A stretch of 32,000 nt of DNA from Paracoccus suum (GTDB lineage Bacteria; Pseudomonadota; Alphaproteobacteria; Rhodobacterales; Rhodobacteraceae): contig NZ_CP030918.1 in assembly GCF_003324675.1 (NCBI RefSeq), positions 2,970,001-3,002,000 on the forward strand. Direction: 5' to 3'. The notes beneath the pieces were generated by a model. That model worked only from the letters and a program-made list of their open reading frames with translations, did not search any database and was not told the DNA's origin. How positions within the stretch are numbered: position 1 is the first letter of the stretch; the number at the start of each line of letters is the position of its first letter. Shown in pieces: positions 1-8,600 of the stretch. The position numbers were made by a program, and so were the translations under genes.

Positions 1-1400
1 TCGGCTCCGCGGACGACGTTGGTCGTGCGGATGGTGATGCGCCCACCGGCGGGCATGGCGTCGCGCGCGTTTACCACCAGATTTATCAACACCTGCTCGA
101 ACTGGCGGCGATCAGCGCGGATCGGACGCAGGTCTGCATCATGTTCAAAGGTCAGGCGGACACGCTCACCCACCAGGCGGCTGAGCAGGTGCGTCAGGTC
201 CGACAGGGTTTCGCGCAGGTCGATCAGGCGCGGCTTGAGGGTCTGCTTGCGTGAAAAGGCCAGCAGTTGGCCCACCAAGGCCGCGGCGCGGTTGGCGTTC
301 TGGCGGATCTGGTCGAGATCCGAGTAATCCGGATCGGCGGCATCGTGGTGCAGCATGAGAAGGTCGCAATGCCCGCTGATCGCCGTGAGCAGGTTGTTGA
401 AATCATGCGCGATGCCTCCGGCCAGTTGGCCGATGGCCTGCATCTTCTGACTTTGGACAAACTGCGCCTCGAGCGTTTTCATGGCGCTGGCGTCCGAGAG
501 CATGGCCAGCACGCCGCCGTGACCGTCCGGAGACAGCGCGACCTGAAGGTGCAAGTCAGCCCCTGCTCGGCGCCGAAGCACCTCGGGGCGCGCCTCGATG
601 CGGCTGTGAATTACGTCATCGACCCAGTCATCGACCGGCCGGCCGAGACCGTCGAGCAGAAGTGAGAGGGTCGCATCCTCGGGGATGCTGCCCATCAGCG
701 CGAGTGCAGGTGCGTTGGCCTCGGCTATGCGGCCATTGGCAGTGATGCGCAGCAGTGCGGCCGGCAGGCGGTCGAACAGATCCTTCTCAGGACAGCCGTG
801 CAGCGCCGGGGCCTCTACAGACGGGACCACTGGGGCCTCGGCCGCGGCGTCGAAGGGAGCAAATTGCCAAATCTGCAGCGCATCACTGTCCAGCGACTGC
901 AGGGTCAGGCTCCCGCCCGGCAGGCGGGTCGACGCCACTCCGCCGCCGGCGACGCGGATGCGCAGGGCGTCGATCACTTGCGCTGGATCGGCGCTGAGCC
1001 GCGCCAGAGGCGTTGACACCGCGCTGCCGAGCCGATCGCCATGCGCTGCACTTGCGGCATCGTTCTGCCAGAGAACCTGCCCCGATGGATCGCTGGCCCA
1101 GATCTGACCGCTTTGCGCCTGCAACGAAGGCACGCGAGCGCGCAGCAGCCGCCGCGCCAATACTGCCTGTCGCCATCGACCGAGGGACAACGCCCCGCCG
1201 AGCAGGTACCAACTGAGGGCGATTGCCGCGAAGGCCACCGGAAGGTGGCCTGGGGCAACCATCTCCTCCGCATCGAACCACAGCCAGATCGCGCCGAACA
1301 AAAGCGGCAGCATCAGGAATGGCAGCAGGAACGCGCCCGGCGGCGCGAGCGCAGCCCTCAGCGGTGCTGCGAGGCGAGGTGAGGTGCGAAAACGGGACAT
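1..1400 (-). CDS. Sensor histidine kinase, N-terminal about 466 codons (3' end runs off the window start). It has hydrophobic N-terminal segments, a PAS-like region and HisKA plus the start of HATPase. The H-box region is CckA-like.
   Basis: Not in the ORF track because it is open-ended. I checked every tta/cta/tca triplet in 1-1400 and none falls in this minus-strand frame, so it is open from ATG 1400..1398 to the window edge. Hand translation starts MSRFRTSPRLAAPLRAALAPPGAFLLPFLMLPLLFGAIWLWF. It continues to ...QKMQAIGQLAGGIAHDFNNLLTAISGHCDLLMLHHDAADPDYSDLDQIRQNANRAAALVGQLLAFSRKQTLKP...VLINLVVNARDAMPAGGRITIRT. The phospho-acceptor His codon is at 407..405. The HDFNNLLTAI / LLAFSRKQ / NARDAM motifs are classic HisKA and N-box motifs and closely resemble my recollection of Caulobacter CckA. 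Confidence 0.85.
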   Translation of the reverse strand, partial: MSRFRTSPRLAAPLRAALAPPGAFLLPFLMLPLLFGAIWLWFDAEEMVAPGHLPVAFAAIALSWYLLGGALSLGRWRQAVLARRLLRARVPSLQAQSGQIWASDPSGQVLWQNDAASAAHGDRLGSAVSTPLARLSADPAQVIDALRIRVAGGGVASTRLPGGSLTLQSLDSDALQIWQFAPFDAAAEAPVVPSVEAPALHGCPEKDLFDRLPAALLRITANGRIAEANAPALALMGSIPEDATLSLLLDGLGRPVDDWVDDVIHSRIEARPEVLRRRAGADLHLQVALSPDGHGGVLAMLSDASAMKTLEAQFVQSQKMQAIGQLAGGIAHDFNNLLTAISGHCDLLMLHHDAADPDYSDLDQIRQNANRAAALVGQLLAFSRKQTLKPRLIDLRETLSDLTHLLSRLVGERVRLTFEHDADLRPIRADRRQFEQVLINLVVNARDAMPAGGRITIRTTNVVRGA

Positions 1401-1409
1401 ACGGCCACC

Positions 1410-2603
1410 CTAGCTTGCAGGTGTTAATGGCGCGTTAACATCGGACAGCGTGACGACGGAGAGAAAGAACCCGTCGCTGGCGTTCAGCGGATCGAAGTGG
1501 CGGCGCAAAACCTCATGCGCGGCAGGGTGCCGGGCACAGAACGCCGCGATCTGGTCATCGTTTTCACGGCGGAGCTGCGAGCAAGTCATGTAGGCCAGGC
1601 GACCGCCGGGCCGCACGCGCAAGGCCGCCTGGTCGAGGATTTGGGCCTGAATTTTCACCAGTTCGGCCAATCGATCTGGCGTCAGCCGCCAGCGACCCGC
1701 CGGATCACGGCGCCAACTGCCGCTACCGCTGCAAGGCACGTCCGCCACGACCAGATCGAACTGCCGGTCTAGCGTGGTGCTGCCGGGTGGGGCGAGGGTG
1801 ATACGGGCGCCGGCCCGTGACGCGCGTGCAGGCAGATCGGCCATGCGCCGCGGATTCGCGTCATGGGCCAGAACGCGCGCGGCACCGGCCGCCGCGAGGG
1901 CGAGAGCCTTGCCGCCGCCGCCGGCGCAAAAATCCAACGCCTGCTGCCCCGACATATCGCCCAGCGCGGCAACGGCCAGCTGCGGCGAGAGGTCCTGCAG
2001 TTCGACCAGCCCGTCCAGATAGGCCTTGCTGTGGGCAATTCGACGGTTGCCCTCGGCGACTTCCAGCGCCTCTGGCCAGTCGGGATGCGGAACCACCGTA
2101 ATGCCATCCGCCCCAAGCGCGGTGATGGCATCGTCGGGCGTGGCGCGCAGGCGATTTACGCGTAGCCAGACCGGCGCACGCTCGCGCATCGCGGCAGCCA
2201 CGGCGCCCAAGCGCGGCCCGAGGCTGTCCTGCAGTTCGGGGAGCAGCCAGTCCGGCAGATCCGTCGCCTCGACCTCGGTCGGCTGACGCCCACCTGCCGT
2301 TTCGGCCCCGGTCAGCACGCGCGGCGCGTGCGGGCCGGCGCCAAAGACGGACGCAGGGTCGGTGCCGCTGTCGCGCAGGGCGCCGAGGATCAGGCCACGA
2401 CCCGTGTCGGCGCCCCCGAGTGCAGCCAGGCTACGGCGCCGGCGCAGGGCGTCGAACACCAGGTCACGCACGGCCGCCCTGTCGCCCGATCCGGCAAAGC
2501 GGCTGGCGCGTGACCAGCGCAGAAGCTCCGCCTCGGCCGGGGCGCCGGCCAGGATGCGATCGAGGATGGTGATCGCGGCGTCCGCGCGGGCGGAGGGGGT
2601 CAC
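1410..2603 (-). CDS. RsmB/NOL1/NOP2/Sun-family RNA (cytosine-C5) methyltransferase, 397 aa
   Basis: This is the C-terminal part of track ORF 1410..3299. SAM motif I is DFCAGGGGKALALA. The two catalytic Cys motifs are DVPCSGSGSWRRDP and MTCS. The N-terminal extension in the track overlaps the glucan synthase gene in another frame and is Arg/Pro/Gly-rich junk. The only plausible start is GTG 2603..2601 (VTPSARADAAITILDRIL...), which overlaps the upstream stop as GTGA. Confidence 0.85.
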   Translation of the reverse strand: MTPSARADAAITILDRILAGAPAEAELLRWSRASRFAGSGDRAAVRDLVFDALRRRRSLAALGGADTGRGLILGALRDSGTDPASVFGAGPHAPRVLTGAETAGGRQPTEVEATDLPDWLLPELQDSLGPRLGAVAAAMRERAPVWLRVNRLRATPDDAITALGADGITVVPHPDWPEALEVAEGNRRIAHSKAYLDGLVELQDLSPQLAVAALGDMSGQQALDFCAGGGGKALALAAAGAARVLAHDANPRRMADLPARASRAGARITLAPPGSTTLDRQFDLVVADVPCSGSGSWRRDPAGRWRLTPDRLAELVKIQAQILDQAALRVRPGGRLAYMTCSQLRRENDDQIAAFCARHPAAHEVLRRHFDPLNASDGFFLSVVTLSDVNAPLTPAS

Positions 2604-5600
2604 TCCCCCGCCCGCACTTGCGGCGACGGGATGGCAGCAGCCGGGCGGCCGGACAGCGCCGTGGGTCGGGCCAGTTCGGCGCCGGTGACCTCGATTGTGC
2701 CATCGGCGGCGGCCTTGACCTCGATCACTTGCTCGGGGCAGCCCGGGCGGCGAAGGGTGGCGCGGTAGCCGGGCCAACCGGGCGGCAAGTTGGGCCGCAC
2801 CCGGACCTCGCCATCCTCGAGCGTGATCCCGAGAATCCCCTCGACCGCGGCGCGATAGAGCCAGCCTGCCGAGCCGGTGTACCAGGTCCAGCCACCCTGC
2901 CCCGGCCGCTCTGGCGCGGAGTAGACGTCGGCCGCGACGACATAGGGTTCCACCCGGTAGCGGTCGGCGTCCTCGCGGGTTTCGGCGTGGCTGATGGGGT
3001 TGATCGCGTCGAACAGCCGGTGCGCCTCGGCCGCACGGCCAGCACGGGCAAGAGCATAGACCATCCACGCCGCGGCGTGGGTGTACTGCCCGCCGTTCTC
3101 GCGAACGCCGGGCGGATAGGACTTGATATAGCCCGGCTCTTGTTGGGTCTGGTCGAAGGCCGGGGTAAACAGTTTCAGCAGTTTGTGGTCCGCATCGAAC
3201 AGATGTTGCAACGCCTGGTCCGCCGCCTGCCGCGCCCGGTCCGGTCGCGCCGCACCCGAGATCATCGCCCAGCTCTGGGCGATGGAGTCGATCCGGCACT
3301 CGTCGCTTTCGGTCGAACCGAGGGGCGCACCGTTGTCATACCAGCCGCGCCGATACCATGCCCCGTCCCAGGCCGAGGCTTCCATCGCCTCGGCAACGCG
3401 GGCGCGGTGATCCCGCAGGTCCTGCGCGCAACCGGCGTCGCCCCGCGACTCGGCGATCGGGGCGAAACTGTCGATTGCCGCGATCAGGAACCAGCCCATC
3501 CAGCCGCTCTCACCCCGACCCTCCTCGCCAACGCGGTTCATGCCGTCGTTCCAGTCGCCGCCGAGGAACAGCGGCAGGCCATGCGGGCCGGTCCGCGCAA
3601 GGCAAAGACGCAGGCCGGCGATACAGTGGTCATACAGGCTGGCGGTATCGGCCGAGACGTCCGGGGTGAAGAAACGGTCATGTTCGCCCGGTGCCAGTTG
3701 CGGCCCCTCAAGCCAGGGCAGCGGTTCGTCGAGGATGCCGGCATCGGCGGTCGCGGCGACATAGGTTGCGGTGCCATAGGCGAGCCAGACCGGGTCATCG
3801 ACGATCATTGTGCGCACGCCGGCGCCGGTGCCGGGCAGCCACCAGTGCTGGAAGTCACCTTCGCGGAACTGCCGGCTGCCGGCGTTCAGCAGCTGCGCCC
3901 GCGCGAGGCCCGGGTCCTGCAGCATCAGCGCCAGCGTGTCCTGCAACTGGTCGCGAAAGCCAAAGGCGCCGGATGCCTGATAGAAGGCCGTCCGGGCGCG
4001 CAAGCGGCAGCCGAGCGCCTGATAGGGCAGCCAGCCGTTGACCATCAGGTCCAGCTTGCGGTCCGGCGTCTCGACCTGCAGCGCGCCGAGGATACCGTCC
4101 CAGTCCTCCTCCGCCGCCTCGAGCCCGCGCGGCAAGGCGTCGCCCGCCATCGCTTGCGACAGAACGTCCGAGATTTCGGCAGCCGGCGCGTCGGCGAGGA
4201 CCACCGTCACCTCCTCGGTCGCGCCGGGGGCGATGATGAGGCGCGACATCAGCGCGGCGCACGGATCGCCGTTCGTCTCGGCCGCGAAGGGGCCGGGGGC
4301 CGGCTGCGCAGGCGGCCATTCCAACACCGCCAACGGGCGCATCATCGCGCCGCCGCGACCCAGCCACGAGGTGCGAGAGGTCAGCCAGCCATCTACCTGG
4401 CGATTGAGGGCGAGGCCGGTGACGCGGCCGGTGATAGCCGTCTCGAACGGGTTGCGCGCCAGGATCGCGCTCGCCTCCGGGTCAAAGCCGACGCGCAGGG
4501 CGGTGGCGGTGCGGGCGCGATGCTGGCCCAGCACCAACTCGGCATAGGCCGAAACCTCCAGCCGCAGGGTGCGGGTGGTCAGGTTCGTCACCCGCAGCCG
4601 CGTCAGCTTGGCCGGCAGACCCTCCGCGAGGGCCTGGACCGCCTCCACCCGCAGCCACGAAGTGGTGCCGGTAAAGCGGGACCAGCCGTGGCCGTGGCAG
4701 GCCTCGAACCGTGCGTCCGGGTCGTCGGACAGCTTGACGAAGGGGGTCGCCAGCTTGCCGGTATCGCGGTCGAGGATGTGGATGGCCTCGCCCAGCCGGT
4801 TCACGACCGGATCGTTCGACCATGGCGTGACCTGATAGTCGCGGCTGTTCACCGCCCAAGTATAGCCCGCACCGCCGGCCGAGACGTGAAAGCCAAAGCC
4901 GTCGCGGGCGATGACATTGATCCAGGGCTGGGGCGTCGATTCGCCATGGCGCAGGCGCACGACATATTCGCGGCCCCCAGCGGCAAAGCCGCCGTAGCCG
5001 TTCCAGAATTCCAGCCCCTCGCCGGTTGCGGGCGGGTTGTTCTCGGACGGCACGACCGGCGGCCGGCGGATGCTGCGCCGTTGCGCCGGAACCATCGTGG
5101 TGCCACTGGCGGGACCAGATGCCGAGGCCTCCGCAGCGGCGGCTGAGGCAACGGCCGCGGCCGTCGCGCGGCGTTCCGCCAGGCGGTCGATCTGCTCGGA
5201 CAAGCGGCCGTTACGGGTGTGCAGCACGATCCGCGCGGCTGCCATCAGCGTGGCGGCCGTCTGCGCCGACATCACGTCGCGGCGGACGCGGAAGACGTGC
5301 CGGGCATGGACTTCGGGCATCGCGAAATGCGTCGTCGCTTCGCACATCGCCTCGATCTGGGCCTGCAGGTCACCGACATAGCTCGTGGCACGCTCGTTCA
5401 GGATCACCAGGTCGCAATGGATACCGCGTGCCGACAGGAAGCGGTGCATGCGGATCGCGCCGCGCAGGATCGGCAGGTCGCTCTCGTCGTCGATGCGCAC
5501 CAGGATGATCGGATCATCACCCGAAATTCCCAGCGGCCACAGGTCCGACTGCGGCCCGAGGCTGCCGCGGCGATCCGCGTCGGCGGCTGCCAGCGATGGG

Positions 5601-8600
5601 TCGGGGTAGACCAGCAGCGCGGCAAAGCGGCGGAACAGCGTCGCATCCTCCATCGAGATGTCGAGGTGGCGCAGTTGCACCTGGCTGTAAGACCACGCCA
5701 GCTGCAATTCATGCTCGTAGGTGCGGGGCAGCGTGTAGTGTTGCGCGGCGCGGGTGACGGATTCCTCGTTGTCGCCCATCACGGTCCAGAAGATCAGCTC
5801 GACCTGCTGGCGCGGGGCAAGGCGCACGGTGCGCCGCAGCGAGAAGATGGGATCAAGGGTAAAGCCCTCGTGCCCCTCAAGCCGCATGCCGGCATCGAAG
5901 GCCCGCGCGCGGCCGAGGCCGCGGCCACGACCGATAAACGCACGGCGGTCGGTCTCGGCCTCTATGCCGGGCAGGATGGCGGCGTCATCACCCGTCACCA
6001 CATGCGCTAGGTACCAGGCCTTGCCCTTGGGGTCGCGCGGCCTGCGCCGGGCAAAGATCGCCCCGGCCTCGAGGTCGATGCGGGTGCGCACGAACATCTT
6101 GCTGAAGGCGGGATGGGCGCGGTCGTTGGCGGGTGTGTCCAGCACGACCTCGCCATAGGAGGTGACCTCGATCAGGCGCTCGCGGCCCGAGCGGTTGCGC
6201 AGCGTGATACGCCGCCCCTCGGCATCGCTTTCCGAGGCCGCGATGACTTCCATCCGGCTCTCGATGTCCTCGGCCATCTTGAAGAACTCGGCCTTGTGGT
6301 CGCTGAAGAGGGTCGAGGCAACCTCGCCCCGCGTCGCCCGCCGCGGCGAGGTCGAAGCCGACCACCACGCGTCCGATTCCAGATCGCGCAGGAACAGGAA
6401 GATGCCGCCCTGGTTGACCGAGGGGTCCGGCAGCCAGCGGTTCATCGCCAGCGGGCCCAGCATCGCCTGCCCTGCCCCGGTCGAGCTGAGCGAGGCCGCA
6501 AAGCGGCCGTTCGACAGCAGCGCGATGTCACGCGGCGCATTCGCCGGGTCGGTCGTTTCCGACTGCACCCGGGCCTCGTAACGGTCCTCGCCGCCCGAAA
6601 GGCCGATCCCCGCCTCGGCCCGGGTGACGGGCACGATCTCGCGGGGGGCCTTTTCCTGCAGCATCAGTTCGGCCGCCTGAACGACCGGATCGTCATGGAA
6701 TCGCTCGCGGTGGATTCCGTCCAGCACGGCGTTGGCGATGGCGACGATCGACATGCCATGATGATGGGCCATGACGTTGCGCACGACGGCATAGCGCGCG
6801 CCCTCGACAAGGCGAGCGCGGGTGAAATCGACCGCGTCATAGTAGCCGTAGGGCCCAAGCGCGCCCATCCGGGCCAGCCGGCGCAGGTTGCGCACCGCTT
6901 CGCCGGGCCGGAACTGGCTGGCAAGGATCGACGCATAGGGCGCGACGACCTGGTCGTCGACGACCGTCCGCTTGAGGCCAAGTGTCGGCACGCCAAAGGC
7001 GTAATACTGGTAATTCATGTTGTGATCGCGGGCGTTGAACGCGCTTTCGCTGACGCCCCACGGCATCCCGCGCTCGTCACCATAGCGGATCTGCTCCTTG
7101 ACCGCGGTATTGTTCGACAGGTTCAGGATCCCGCCGAGGCGCTCCTTCATCAGCAGCGGAGCCATCAGGTATTCGAACATGCAGCCCGACCAGCTCATCA
7201 GAGCGGCATCGACCCCGCCCAGCGCGGCGAAGGGTCGCCCGAGGTGGCCCCAATGCTCGCGCCGCAGATCGCCCTTGGCGATGGCGAAAAAGCTGGTCAG
7301 CCGCGCTTCGGAAGCGAGCAGGTCATAGCAAGACTGGTCGCGCTCCTCGAGTTCGGGGCGATAGCCGACGGCCAGCAGGTGCTTTTCCGGGTCGATCAGG
7401 AACCGGAAATCCATCTGGAAGGCCATCAGCCGGGCGCGTTCGGCCAGTGCGTTCTGAACGCGCGACAGCGCGCGCTGATCGGTGGTAGCGGCGGTATCCC
7501 CGAGGACCGAGCCGCAGCAGCCGCGCAAGGCTTGCGCCCAGGCCAGAACCTCCGCCGTGGCCGGGCTACGAGCCTCGACATGCAGTTCATTGGCGAGACG
7601 CACGAGGGTCTCGGCACTGGTTCCGATGCCGCGCGCGCGCGGGGCCAGGGCATCCGGCCCGCTGCCCGCCTCGGCCAGCAGGCTTGCCATGCGGTCGACT
7701 GCCTCGTCGAGGCGCTTGCGCATCGGGCGCGGACCGCCGCGCCCCTCTTCGGGAAGGGCGGCGATACTGGCGCGGAAGAGGCCAAAGCTATCCTCGATCC
7801 CGGCCAGGGTGACCGGCGCAGGTTCGGCCTCGCGGCCCCACATCTTCAGCCCGGCGCAGAGCGCGATCAGCGCGCCGGCAAGGTTGCCGCTATCCACGGA
7901 CGAGATATAGGCCGGCTGTAGCACCAGCAGGGTGCGGGTGTCGTACCAGTTATAGAAGTGGCCGCCGTGGCGGGGCAGCCGCTCCAGCGTGTCGAGCGTG
8001 TCGCCGATCCGGCGCAGCGCCTCGGCCCGACCGATCCAACCGAGGTCATTGGCCGACAGGACCGAGAGCAGGTAGAAGCCGATGTTGGTCGGCGAGGTCC
8101 GCTCGGCCAGCAGCGGCGCCGGATCGTCCTGAAAATTGTCCGGCGGCAGGTGGTTCATCTCAGGCGTGACGAAGGCCTCGAAATAACGCCAGGTCTGGCG
8201 GCCGATGGCGCGCAGCGCCTTGGCATCGTCCGCAGCGATATCGAGGCGGTCCTCGGTCTCCATGGTGGTGGAGACCCAGGCGGCAATCCAGGGCGAGGCG
8301 AACCACGCGGCCAGGAACGGCGCCGCCACCCAGATCGCAGAGGGATTGATGATCAGGACGGCAAGCGCGACGGCCACGGCCAGCAGGACCGGCCCGCGCA
8401 TCAGCCGGAGATAGGCCGCCGGACCGACCGAGGCGGCGCGGTTGGCGTCGTTCGCGGTGGTCCATTCCAGCAGGTGCTGGCGGGTGACGGTCAGCCGGTA
8501 AAGCGTGCGCAGGATGGCATCGACCATGTTGACCGCTGTGTCGGCCATCAGCGCAAAGCGCAGCCCCATCTCGAGCAGGAAGCGGCCGATGTCGCGGCCG

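Noticed and set aside
2604-3299. N-terminal 232-codon extension of track ORF 1410..3299, which would give a 629-aa methyltransferase.
   Set aside because: The extension overlaps the synthase C-terminus in another frame and is Arg/Pro/Gly-rich without homology-like features. Methyltransferase-like sequence begins exactly at GTG 2603.
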